Positions 26,058-39,498 are shown, counted from the first letter of the stretch. The stretch is 64,000 nt of DNA from Amoebidium appalachense (GCA_963693365.1 CAVNZM010000009.1:10544243-10608242), one strand, 5' to 3'. Numbers and translations are program-made. Notes: generated from the letters alone by a model not told the origin.

Positions 26058-28131
26058 ACCACCAGCCAAGCAGAGCCTTTTGATTGGTCACGGCAAGAAT
26101 GAGCGCGAATTCCGCGTCCCCGAAGCTAAAGTCGATCCGCATTGAACCCCATTTTGAAATCTCGGAAATAACTCCGTAAGGTCTTTCGAGTGTTGAAATT
26201 CATCGGCGTGTGGGTCAGCTGCTAACCACTTGGGTTTAGGGTGGCAAAGGGAGAGAGTTGAACTAGTACTTGAACAGGCAAACAAGGCCTCCTCCCGGGC
26301 CTGGAAACTGGTGCGTCACGATCTTAAAGCTGAATTCCGGGCCAGGCTTACTCCAGCCTGACCCGAAATGATCATCGATTCCAGCCTGTTCCGAAAATAG
26401 CATCAAAATTCAAAAATGAGAGGCCTGTTCCGAAAATAGCAACAGGCTGGTTTTGGCGGGCAAATTGGCCAATCTCATCGTTCGTAGCTGACTGTTTTGC
26501 GTTGTTTACGGTTTCCGAGCAGGCAGGCTGTTGTTGTCACCAGTGCTTACTGGACACTCAAACGAATGCCAACATCCTTGGCTCTTAAACATGGTTAAGC
26601 TACGTATTTAGCTATTCTAAAATGGGGTATAAAGATGCCTGTTTAGAACAGTGTGCATGGCTGCCAGTCCAACTACGCAACTACGCCTTCGGGCAGGAAA
26701 GGCACTGTGCCGGAGTGTAAAGCCGAAGGATGCTTCTGAGCAACCACGTTCAAAATGGATGACGGGTTTTATTTACACTAAGATAAGGAGTTTTGAATCA
26801 ATAAACCCGCCACACGGAAGGAACGGGGGGGAAGGGAGGATAGTAGGAAGCAACTCAAATCCACTTGTGTTCACAACCCCCCCCCCCCCCCCCCCCCCCT
26901 CTCCCCACCACCACCACCACGCATCTGGACAATTGGGGGGGTTGCCTGGTTGGCTAGGCTTTGTGCTTCCCCATTTACCCCCTTTGCACAGCTAACCGTG
27001 TGGTTTCCCGGTCCATCACTAGAGGTTGCTCCCCCCCCACACGCCCACACACACACTCACAGTACTAATAAATGATAGTCTCTGCTCCCTCCCGACCTTT
27101 TTCCTGCCCATCTAGCAACTCCTTTCGAAAATGGAATAGTGCCGAACCAAGTATATACACCTTAAACATGGCTTCTTATGCTTAGAAAGAAAGAGGGAGG
27201 GAGGGAGGGGGAGAGAGAGAGAGATCTAGAGTGAGAGTGAGAGGGAGCGAGAGAGAGCTCTCGAGTGTCTGTGTGGGTGGGTGAGTATGTGTATGTGTGG
27301 TTTTGGGGCGGATGTGGGGTGTGCGTGTTTTTTTAGGCCTTTTGTGTATATGCGTGCGTGCGTGTGTGACTGTGTACATGTTTGGGTGTGTGCGTGTTTA
27401 TGTGTCCACTATGCCGACGCCGGAGCCTGCTGAAGAGTGTGTTAAGGAGCTCTTTCTCTCCCTCGGCGCTTTGCTCGGCGAAGGAGCGTGAGCGTGTATA
27501 CTGGGTGTTTGTATGTGTGTGCGCGCGTGTGTGTGTGTGCCAGTGTTCCTCCCTCGGCCCCCCCCCCCCCCCCTCCCCCCCCCCCCCCCCCCCCCCCCCC
27601 CCGCAACCCCCCTTCTCCTCTTACGCCATACCCACCACCACCACCCATACCACTGCAACCCAGCTGGTTGGCACACGCAACCACAAGTACATTAGCTCCA
27701 CAGCTGAAACATAAATACATATTTATGCATGTATGTGTGCTTATGTGTGTAATATGAATATATATGACGGTTGTATTCGTGTTTCTTCTCGCGGGCCAGC
27801 GAGCCTCGGAGAGCTTCGCGTGTTTTGAGTACTGTACGTGTGTAGCTAGCTACGTATAGGCGTCGAAGGCTTTGCCGCGCTTTGATCGATCCAACCCAGC
27901 CTGTTCCATTTTTAGATTCCGATTCGAGCCCTGCAGTTTCCAGGCCTGGGAGAAGTTAGGAGGCCTTCCTTGCTGGCAAACCGTTTACGCGTGTGGAAAA
28001 CCGTCTCGAAAACAGAAAACGGTGTCTTTTACTCTACGGTGGCTAGACGGCACAGTAAGGGCGTGCCAGCCTTTAACACTATATGTATACCTAGACTCGG
28101 TTGGCTATAACGACGCGCTAATAGTGTCAAC

Positions 28132-28968
28132 ATGGGCAAAAAGTGTTCTGTGATAGGCTGTAAGGGGGGTTACCAGTCAGAATTGAAACAAGGCATCAAG
28201 GTGACCGTGTTTGGTTTTCCTAATCCTAAAACAGAACCGGAACGATTTGCTAAATTTCTAAATGCATGTGGCCGTGAGGGCGATGATGGGATAAACTCCA
28301 AATGCGCGGGGATATGTGCCAGGCACTTTAGAGAGTGTGATATAGAGTCGGAAACAGCGTGGATAGATAGTAAGACGAACGAGTTTAAGAGCTATAAAAA
28401 AGACAGGGTGTGTCTTAGAGCTGGTGCAGTACCCACACTAAACATTCACAATAGCAATGAACCAACAACGGAAACAACGGCACCAGAAAAAAGATCACGG
28501 CCTAGCCGAGACGAACGTGAAGAGGAGAAACGCGAAAAGAAACGGCGAGAGGAGAGAGAAAAGGAGTTGGAGCGAGAGAGAGCTGACGTGATAACCGGGT
28601 TTACGCACTTACGTACCGATATTCGTGCTCATTTAGTCGAGGATTTGGCATCTTGGCAGATAGTCGAGAAAACAGATGAATACATTCAACTTATTCAGTT
28701 ACGCAACTTCGGTGTACAAGTAGGTAACCACCGCCTCTCCAAACACCCAGTCCCATTCGTTTCATCCTTCGTAACCATCACCAGTGAACTCTTGCTCATA
28801 ACATGTGCACAAACACCCGCACTAGTAACAGACAGCAAGGCACCAGCCACCTCCTATGCCATACATCAATCGCGAACACTTTGCAAGTTGTCTAACTGGT
28901 CCCAACTAGCCAAGGTGCTCAGAGAGGCAAGCCCAAGTGCTGAATACGTTGTTCGACCGACTGCATAG
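28132..28968 (+). CDS. THAP zinc-finger protein / truncated P-element-like transposase N-terminus
   Basis: MGKKCSVIGC...VFGFP...ICARHF...LRAGAVPTL fits the C2CH THAP signature with its AVPT box, followed by an E/R/K-rich coiled coil. No DDE catalytic domain seen downstream. Confidence 0.8.
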   Translation: MGKKCSVIGCKGGYQSELKQGIKVTVFGFPNPKTEPERFAKFLNACGREGDDGINSKCAGICARHFRECDIESETAWIDSKTNEFKSYKKDRVCLRAGAVPTLNIHNSNEPTTETTAPEKRSRPSRDEREEEKREKKRREEREKELERERADVITGFTHLRTDIRAHLVEDLASWQIVEKTDEYIQLIQLRNFGVQVGNHRLSKHPVPFVSSFVTITSELLLITCAQTPALVTDSKAPATSYAIHQSRTLCKLSNWSQLAKVLREASPSAEYVVRPTA

Positions 28969-29287
28969 TGAAAAAAATTCGGAACGAAAGGAAAAGTCCC
29001 ACTGCGCACGGCAGATCCATTTAGGCACTTCACGTAAGGTACTCAATCCCCCCTCCCCTCCCCCCTTTTCCCCCATGTTCCCCCACCCCCGCATCTCCCC
29101 CCCCCCCCCCCCCCCCTCCCCCCCGTTTTTCTAGGCACTCTTGTCTCCTTTCTTGTATTTCCCTTTAACCCTCCCCCCCCCCCCCCCCCCCACCCCCCCT
29201 CCCCCCTCCGCGCTTTCCCCTCCAGTTTCTTTCCGCAAAAAAACATCCCCATCGTCACTTGTCATACTCGGCAGTGCACGTGCACAT

Positions 29288-29800
29288 ATATGGGCCACAG
29301 GGTTGATGAGCATTGTATCTACTGTGTGCCGCATAGGGGTGCCCTATCCCCTTCTGGGCTTTGCTTACTGGCACAGCACACTTGTATCTTTGCCGTCCAT
29401 ATTAAACGTGTTCAAGCTTCGTATTATATGCCACACCCAGATAAGACGCACAGGTTTGGGCAAAGGGAGTGGGGGGGGGGGGGGGGGGGGGGCGGGGGGC
29501 ATCGCAGGTCGGACACCAAATCGCTGTGTACTCTATTGCATATGGGGGTCACTATGTGTGGCGGGAAATAAAATAGGAGGGGGTCAAAGCTTGTAGGGGA
29601 GGATGTAATTTAGGGGGGTCTAATATGGGCCACAGGGTTTGATGAGCATTGTATCTACTGTGTGCCGCATAGGGGTGCCCTATCCCCTTCTGGGCTTTGC
29701 TTACTGGCACAGCACACTTGTATCTTTGCCGTCCATATTAAACGTGTTCAAGCTTCGTATTATATGCCACACCCAGATAAGACGCACAGGTTTGGGCAAA

Positions 29801-29839
<39 letters not shown>

Positions 29840-29962
29840 TCGCAGGTCGGACACCAAATCGCTGTGTACTCTATTGCATATGGGGGTCACTATGTGTGGC
29901 GGGAAATAAAATAGGAGGGGGTCAAAGCTTGTAGGGGAGGATGTAATTTAGGGGGGTCTAAT
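29288..29962 (+). repeat. ~335-bp direct tandem duplication
   Basis: 29288-29622 and 29623-29962 differ only at homopolymer runs. Confidence 0.9.
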
Positions 29963-30510
29963 ACATGTGGCAAAGAATTAATTCAAGGTGGGGTTCCGTT
30001 GACTGGGGAGATGTGATATGGATATTGGATATCGTGTGGGTCATTATACAGGCCTTGGAGACTGAGGTTCAGAGGACTGTCCATAGATAAGACGGGGGAG
30101 GGGCACCGAGGGGGGGGGGGGGGGGGGAGGGGGGGACGGGCTGGGGGAGGGGCGAGCTGTAGGGGGGGGGAAGGGGGGGGGGGGGGGAGACATTAAATTC
30201 AGGTGGGGTCTGTAGATGGAGGGAGTGTGTTAAAGCGTGAATGGATGGTGGGTGGTTGGATCGAGGAGGGGACTGTGGTTGGAAGATAATTCAAGTGGTC
30301 TATGGAGAGGGTGTGTGGCGGCAGGCAAGAATTAGGGCGGGTGGACTGGGTGGGTAGAATTTTTGGTTTTTTTTACCCCGGTTTTTTGAGTAGAAAGGGG
30401 TAACTCAATGTGGCATACCCTTGTGTTAAGGCACGGGTGTGTAATGAGGCATCGTGCTGTTGTTGAAACATGTTTCTAACACATATCCCGTTTTTTCTCT
30501 TTTTGTACAG

Positions 30511-30636
30511 CTTCTTGAGATGGAGAAGGAAGGAGGTCTTGACGAGTACGAATACTCTGCCCCCAAGCACGAGGCTCCGGCACCCACCACCACACCTGCA
30601 CGGCAAGCCAACGGGCGAAAGGGAAGCAAGAGATAA
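30511..30636 (+). other. Duplicated vigilin terminal exon (alternative last exon or partial gene duplicate)
   Basis: Intact acceptor ttttgtacag|; [41 protein letters not shown]; 92/96 nt identical to 25372-25467; homologous 3' UTR to ~30720. Confidence 0.8.
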
Positions 30637-31203
30637 TAGCCTTATAAGGCGTCCATGGGGCCCTGTTAGAGTGAGGGACATTGTTTTGTACATAGTTTGA
30701 TAGCTTTAGCTCGATCATCAATATGTTTTATTTTGCCCTGGGTTTCTGTAATTAAGAAATTAAGAATTCCGATTTAAAGCAACAATACCGTGGCTTTCTC
30801 GTTCACCTTTTCCAATCCACTGGAGCTCTCCGCCAAACCCCCCTCCCTCCCTCCCCCCCCCCCCCCCCCTTTTTTTTTTTTTTTTTCCTTCTCCCTCTCC
30901 CCCCCCCCCCCCCCTCCCTCCCCTCCCTTCGCCCTTCGCCCTTCCCCGGCCTACTCCCCCCCCCCCCCTTTCCCTCCTACCTTCTTTCCCCCCCCCTTCC
31001 CCCCCCCCCCCCCCCCCCCCCCGGCCAAACCCTGTATACACTCTTCTCATCAGCAGGTCTCTAACCCACTCTGCAGAACGTTTTACGCATTTCTCCCCTT
31101 GGAGAACTTGGTCGTTGGTGCGTTTTTGTCTGATATCTAACGTCTCTGCAGGGTCCCCTGAGACTACTGACACTCTAACATTCCCTCCCCTCCCTTACTT
31201 CAC

Positions 31204-31235
<32 letters not shown>

Positions 31236-31431
31236 TTCCCCTCCTCCTTCCCCTCCCATTTTCTCTGCACACTCAACAGGTCTTAACCAGCTCTGCACAT
31301 CGTTAGTCACAATCTTCTCACATATATGAGAGAATGATCGTATTGGTACGATTTGTCTAATATCTGACGATTCTGCAGCATCCCTAAGACCCCCCTCCCC
31401 CTCCCCTCCCCCCCTCCCCCCCCCCCCCCCC

Positions 31432-31503
<72 letters not shown>

Positions 31504-31656
31504 TCTCGCTCTCTCTCTCTCCCTCTCCCTCTCCCTCTCTCTCCCTCTCCCTCTCCCTCTCTCTCCCTCTCCCTCTCCCTCTCCCTCTCCCTCTCCCTCT
31601 CCCTCTCCCTCTCCCTCTCCCTCTCCCCCTCCCCCTCCCCCTCCCCCCCCCCCCCC

Positions 31657-31732
<76 letters not shown>

Positions 31733-32302
31733 TTTTTTTTTTTTTTTTGGCGCCTGTTGTTTTGCTTGTCATTTGTTGTTCTGGTTGATTACCTGTAATC
31801 TTCGCTTATTTATGTGTGTGTGTGTGTGTGTGTGTGTATGTTGTGCGGGGTTACACATACCGGTGTCTACTTTTCTTCTTACTGTTTTTCTCTCCACACA
31901 CTTCGTCTGTCCACTTCTGCATACCCCCTTTCATAGCTATAGACACACTTCACACATTGCGTTACGCGCACGCATGCACACACCGCTCTGTTGGCGACAG
32001 CTCCCTTGGAACCCATGCAGCATGTTACCCGCCGGCGTAACATAACTCGGACTATCGGTTTGGCTTTTTTCAAGCCCAAAGCAATGGGTGATACCATATT
32101 TCCGGCTGACATCCGGGGGCATAGCTTTCCGTTCGAAGACGATAAAGTTCCGCCCTAGTAAGCGTGTTACTACCCTGCGGCGTGGGTCAAATCTCATATT
32201 TTCCCCTCTAATTGCGAATTCTGCGGCCTTCGGGACTTAATTCTTTTCAGCTGGTGTAGTATGTTAGCCAGGGAAGTATCGACTTAGGTATCGACGGGGG
32301 AG

Positions 32303-32642
32303 CTTCCTAGAAGCCCCGTCTCCTGAGTTCCTATCTATATTTTTCTTGCTTCTGCTTACTGCTGCAACTTTAACCCCCGGCCTTTCCCACTGCCCTTGCC
32401 TGCATAAGCAACCCTGCTCGTCTCTGATCAAGACGGGTGACCTACCCATGTTCAAGTGAAACAGTATCTGAGTTGGGTTTCGTTAACGAGGGGAATAGGT
32501 CGAAACTCGGGTACTGTGGATGACGTGGGCCCCCCCTGAGGAGGGGCTCTGCTTATTATGCATACTCTTTATGTATGGCTTGCATTCTGCATCGTGTTAT
32601 CCGTTTGTTCTTGTGTACTTCGTACTTTTTGACGCATTCAAA
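32303..32642 (+). mobile_element. Poly-C element, copy 4 (may extend 5' to ~32030)
   Basis: Same sequence and 3' end followed by a C-run; the 5' flank is complex non-repetitive sequence rather than poly-C, so the element probably continues upstream. Confidence 0.85.
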
Positions 32643-32846
32643 CCCCCCCCCCCCCACCCACCCACCCACACACACACACACACGCACACACACGCACACA
32701 CACACACACACATACACACACACACACACACACACATTTGCCCCGGGTGCCTTCGTGATATAAGTTCTGCTTTGGCTTCAAGTGTCTTTTTGTTGTGTGT
32801 GTGCAGCCTTTGCCACTCCTCCCCTACATCCCCTCCCCCTCCCCCC

Positions 32847-32877
<31 letters not shown>

Positions 32878-32949
32878 AAAAAAAAAAAAAAACAGTAGGC
32901 ACTCTTTCTGTTGAGACTTCCTCCCATCCTACTCCAACCCTTTACTCCC

Positions 32950-32981
<32 letters not shown>

Positions 32982-33522
32982 ATTCCCCCCTTCCCCCGGA
33001 GCCAACAATGGGGTCCCACCACCAGGTTCTCCGCAGTGTGCGCAAACTAAATACCACAGGTCAGCCAAATGAGCACATGTATCAACCCACTCTCTGCACT
33101 TATGGTTTTCATACACTGACACGCCACACGTGCATCATCGCTACAGACAGACACACTCACACTTCGGAGGGGCTTAGATATGTGCAGTGTGGTTCATCGG
33201 TGTCAAATATCACATTACAAAGCATTTCAAGACGTGCAATAGTAACCATGATGGGAACCTTGTATGTATACGAACAGCCTTAAATATAATGGCGCAATAA
33301 GGCTTTTAGCTCATAGTGCGGATCTACCCTGCAAGCTACACAAAAACACCCTGTAGAGTGCAGCATTGAGCATGCTGGCCGTATTTGCAAGCAACACCGT
33401 GCACAGCGCAAACCAGAAGGGCCGGGGGGTCTGATCCCCACAGAGAGCATGAAATTCTATGCAACCCAGGGGGTCCATTCAATCACAAATATCAGCACAA
33501 ATCCGTTCATGAATGCTGCAAG

Positions 33523-33937
33523 TCACTTTTGACGCCTTCTAACCTGCGACTCATAATTTGAAATTTCGGTGGGTCTTAAAACCCCCCCACTCCGAATTGC
33601 AGATGATGATTGGATAGTAGAACTGTGGGTTGTAGATGATGGTCTGGCAATGGATTTGCTCCGTATCCGAGAGTGAGGGCTTTCGTATTTTCTTCTCCGA
33701 GATATCGGTGATATCTCGATGGCTTCTATTCTGCTGAGCATATCAATAAAGTCATTTTAAAAAACAAAAAATTGCACGTGTGGGGGGACTGGCGAGGTCG
33801 GCAACGGTGGGTGTAGGGGGATGGGACATGTATGGACCTGATTCGGGGCTTGAGTCGATGACCTGTGGATTATGCGTGCGGGAGTTGGCATTGGCCATTG
33901 AGGCGGGGGGGGGCTTGAGGAAGGGAGGGGAGGGAGA

Positions 33938-33968
<31 letters not shown>

Positions 33969-34335
33969 AAGGGGGGCAAGGTAGAAGTTGGGTGATAGAT
34001 GGGCTTCTCTATGTGTACTATCCCCCCAAACCCCCCTCCCCCCTTCCCCCTTCCCCCCACACACACAGCCTCCGGAGGGATCCCCCCAGTTTCTCCCCCC
34101 CCCTCTCCCCCCCCCCCCCCTCCACACACACCCCTTTCCCGTCCACCATTCTTCACTGCATGCGCTCTTCTTTCCCTATCCACCTCTGTCCCAGAGCATA
34201 TTAGTATCCCTCTTTCAAAAGTTTGTTACACCCAAGTTCACCCCACAGCACACACGCAGAAAACTACTCCTGCCTCAATTAGTGAGTTCATCATGCCAAC
34301 CGTACGATCAAAAGATTCTTCTGGTCCTCCCCCTC

Positions 34336-34367
<32 letters not shown>

Positions 34368-34430
34368 GAAAAAAAAATAAATAAATAAATAAATAACACA
34401 CACACACAAACACACACACAAACAAACAAC

Positions 34431-34520
<90 letters not shown>

Positions 34521-34540
34521 CACACAAACAAACAAACACA

Positions 34541-34620
<80 letters not shown>

Positions 34621-35190
34621 CACACACACATACACACACACACAGCCCCCTCCTCTTCCTTACCCCCCACCCCCACCCCCCCCACCCACCCCCCCCACCC
34701 ACCCCACACCCGCCTTGTTCCCACGCACCTACCTCAATGGGCGGGGGCTCTTCGAATTCGCTTGATCTGTCCGGGATTCCGCACGAGCACCACTGCCCCG
34801 CCCCATTTTGCGGGGGGTCACAATACGGCACAGCTGATAGAATAATCGTCCCCTTTGTTGGTTCGTCTTGATTGGTTCCTCTCGATCCCCCTACACCTCC
34901 ACGATGTGAATTTTCAGGAACGGCAAGTAGTGTGCCCGTATAATAGAAGGGAGGGTGTGTCGTGGCATGGTTGGCTGCGGTTTTCATGTTTTCGGGGGAA
35001 TATGTGACTGAGATTGCGTCTGTGTGCACGTGTTGGTTAGATGTTGGGGTTTTTCCTTTTGAAGGTGAAATTTCATGTGCCGTATTTGTTGGCACCCCCC
35101 ATTCCGTATGTTGCTCAGACTCCAACACTATTGAAGGAACGGGGGGGACACTAGTCGCAACCATCGGCACACTTGCTATGTTTTGATTGG
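33523..35190 (-). CDS. Possible multi-exon Ser/Pro/Thr-rich hypothetical protein (3' part)
   Basis: Complex open blocks at ~35190-34735 (ends PPPIE|gtagg), ~33905-33780 and 33741-33523, separated by microsatellite tracts; no recognisable domain. Confidence 0.3.
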
Positions 35191-35221
35191 TTGAACGTCC
35201 ACCAATGAAAGCACACACACG

Positions 35222-35299
<78 letters not shown>

Positions 35300-35329
35300 C
35301 ACACACAAGCACACACAAGCACACACAAG

Positions 35330-35414
<85 letters not shown>

Positions 35415-36851
35415 TGATGGTGTAGAACTCCACCCACACACACCTTGATGGTGTAGAACTCCACCACACTTAGGCAACTTCGCGGTGATGAATTCAGAGC
35501 CAAATGATCAGTGCTGATGCCGGCGGAAGCCTTCTCAGGAAGGGCCCTTTCGTGATTTTCCTTTTTTTTTTTTTTTTCAGGGAACTGTACACCAAACAAC
35601 TTGCCCAAGGTTTAGGCAGCTTTAAAATGCCGAAAAACAATAGCAGAAGCAATCTCCCGTTCATCATATATTCAGAAACCCCGCGTTGCTGGAGCTGTGA
35701 AAAGCCCCAAAGGCTGGCCAGGTGACGTGTTACCTTTCTTGTGCTGGGGCCAACAGCACGATAGATTATGATGTGTCACTCACAGACTTCAATTTAGGCA
35801 ACCATGTGACACGTGCCCATAGGCTACGTAGACGGGAGACGGGGTGTCTTTCAATGGCTTATAAGGAGTCATGTGAATATAGCTGTTGTCACTTTTTTTT
35901 TGTTCTTTTCGGGTTTACTAATAGGACACTACTAACGTTACTGTAACGGGACTGATGGGGTACATTTTCAAAGTAACGCAATACTATACGGCGGGGGGAA
36001 TTTTTTTGTGAAAAAGAACAACAGGTCTCATAACCGCACACACACTGCGAGTCTCCACTTCGATTTGTCCTGCTCAGTTGTACATGTCTCAAAAAACATG
36101 CGCTCACACGCTCAACCTGCCCTGTCAATCCCTCGCTCCTCCCACCCCCTCCCCCTTCTCGCTCACGTTCTTCCCTTTTCCATTCCCCGCAACCCTCTTC
36201 CTTCACTTCCCCATTCCCTCTCACGCACCTCCATGTGCACGATGGCTACACACCCTACTTCTGTGGATGTTGCAGACCTGTCACAATTAACCCCACCTCA
36301 AGAAGAAGTGGCAGCATCAAACAGTCGTTCAGGTATAGCATGTGTTGTTGCTGTTTTTGTTTGTTGCCAAGCCTTGGGTTGCATGTTGTATTTTATAAAT
36401 TCTCAGCGATTTTTGCTCGAGCTCCTCAGTGGCCACTCTCCGATCAGATCCATTCGTGGTCGGGTCATCTATTTAACTTTGCTTGGCGCGATATCTCGAT
36501 ATATAGCTATAGCCTATGTATTCCCCATTGCGCAAATTTAGTAGCTGCGATCTTTCTCCTTTCAACCGCAAGACCACAAGGGTTAGCGTGCTTTATCTTG
36601 TGCCTTCCTGCTCTCTCGCAAAACCGTCCACCCATTCCCCCCCCCCCCCCCCCCTCCCCTCCCCCCCCCTCCCCCCCCCCCCCCCCCCCGGAGGCCCCGG
36701 GGGCCCCCTCCTGCGGCTCCCCTCCCCCACACCCCCCCACCCAACACACACACAAACACACACACACACACCTCCCTTCCCTCTCCACCCTGACCCAAGC
36801 AAACCAATTGGAAGAGCAGCTTTGCAAGGGATGATATAATACACATCTTTT

Positions 36852-37360
<509 letters not shown>

Positions 37361-37573
37361 ACACTGCTTTGGAAATGTCGCTCAGAGCCACTCTATTCCA
37401 CCCCCCTCCCCCCAGCCCCCCCCCCCCTTCCCCCGACAACAAAAAAAAAAAAAAAAAAAAAAAACCCCGAACCACCCCACCGTCTTCTTCCCCCCACCAC
37501 CCCCTTTTTTCCTTTCCCCTAATCTCTCCGACTTCGAATTCTCCTTTCTATTAACAACTATATCAACCCACAG

Positions 37574-39181
37574 ACTCCCTCCTTCTCCACCTCACGGATG
37601 AGTTGATACAGCACATCTCCTCCTTCCTGCCCTACCATGACCGAAAATCCCTCACACATGTATGTCGCCGACTCGAACACGTCATCACCACATCACCCAA
37701 CCAAACACGAGTATTGTGCATTGCAGTACCACCCCATAACCCCCCGGACTCGATTTCACCCACGGACATCATCGGGTGTGTTAAACGGTGGAATAAAGCT
37801 CTACGAGGTGTGAGTGTTGATTGGACACGGATTCTATAGCTCAATGTGGATCCCTCGGCCATAAAACAAGAGGTAGAGCGGCACTTGCGAGGTTTGAACC
37901 ATGTCCATTTCCGAAGGTTTCAGACATACACAACGGGCCCTCTCAATCTACGCCTGAAGGAGGCTCGTCGCCTTTATAATACACTTATTGCACATCTGGA
38001 GCAGAAGCTACGGGTTTTGGACCTTTCTTTTGCCCTATCCTGGCAGGGAATCGACCACCCAACTACAGCGCACTACGTTTCTATGGCAAAACATGCCCAA
38101 ACATGCAAGAAATGGTGTTGTCTGAGTGCCACCTCCCGATACCCTTGCCCCAACCACACCCCAGCCTGAGGAAGATATGCCCCCAGTCGAACAGGCGGTT
38201 GGACGAGAATACGATGACCCAATTTACGGCGTCAGCGCCAAACCTACTCACAGTCTATTTGCATGATCAATTTCTTTACGGCGTGACTTTTCTCCAACCA
38301 TGTGCTAACCTAGTGCATTCACGTGTGCACGCCGTGTTTCATGGCTATGACTTCACGCCACTCTCCCACTGCGAACAGCTACAGAGTATTGACGCTTTTA
38401 CTTGCGGGGACATTAACCACCTTCCAAGTTTGCCCCGTCTGAGGAAAGTAATATTTGAGGGTTCTCGGGTGGATGTGTCGGGTGTGGCATTGTGCCCCGC
38501 CCTAACACACTTTCGTGTTACGTTCGTAGACATCAACAATCCGTTTCCTGACTTTCAGTCCGATGGCCTTCAAGAATTCTGTCTCTGTCCACCTGTGGAT
38601 CCGAGTCCCCGCGGACCGTCCGCTTCCTGTAGAAGTTTTCGATGTTGGAAGTTTGGGGTTTTTGGTCCGGTCGGCAAGCACGTTGCGCAAGCACGAATTG
38701 ATGCAAACAACACTAGAGGGGGGGTCCTTGGCGCCACTGTATGCACTTGAAGCGCTCAAGTTGGTGAGGGTGAGCGGGGTGGGGCCGGTGGTGGACATAT
38801 CCGTCCACCCACACCTTCGCACACTAACTCTACACAGCGTGGATTCGGTGGAGTCTCTTGGTGTTGTTGGTGCGGATTGTGTTATGCAACTCAAAGAATT
38901 AACCATAAAAGGGTGCCGAAACCTCAGCGATATCCGGGCGCTAGGTGCGTGTACAAACACGACTATGCTAGACCTATCAGAGTCACTGCGTGTGCGTGAC
39001 GTTTCATGCCTTCACCATCATCCAAATTTGGAAACCCTTGGAAACCCTTAAGGTGTGGTGGGTCCGTGCGGATGTGAGTGGGCTTATCACGGGCCCCCGC
39101 CTTAAGTCTGTGGAGTGTTCTGTGGTCTTCTCTTCGTTGTGCTGTGACTCGGCAGAGACACTTCGGCAGGCCGTCAACCAG
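37574..39181 (+). pseudogene. F-box/leucine-rich-repeat protein, disrupted
   Basis: F-box LLHLTDELIQHISSFLPYHDRKSLTHVCRRL, then LRRs (LRKVIF, LRTLTL, LKELTIKGCRNLSDIRALGAC, LDLS). In-frame TAG at 37837-37839, frame changes near 38105 and 38585, and a 10-nt tandem duplication GGAAACCCTT at ~39030-39049. Confidence 0.75.
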
Positions 39182-39462
39182 GTAGCTGACACCTCCCTCC
39201 CCCCCCCCCCCCCTCCTCCGCCCCCACCCCCTCCCCCCCACCCCCTCCCCCCCTCCCCCCCCCCCCTCCCCCCTCCTATCCCGGACACACACACACACAC
39301 AGGCGCTCGGGCACACATCCACACATACAAAATCTCTCAGTTTATGTAGTACGTGCAACTCAGCATCAGCAGCCTTCAGTTATCTGTGATTGAACCTCAT
39401 CCCCCCCCCTCCCCCCCCCCCCCCCCCCCCCCTTTCCCCCCCCCCTTCCACTTCTGGGGACC

Positions 39463-39498
<36 letters not shown>

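Noticed and set aside
26584-27171. 11-bp direct repeat CTTAAACATGG as a TSD
   Set aside because: No convincing TIRs or tail inside the repeats.
36230-36620. Hydrophobic frame resembling an EamA/DMT transporter fragment
   Set aside because: Similarity too weak and frame broken; cannot support without an HMM search.
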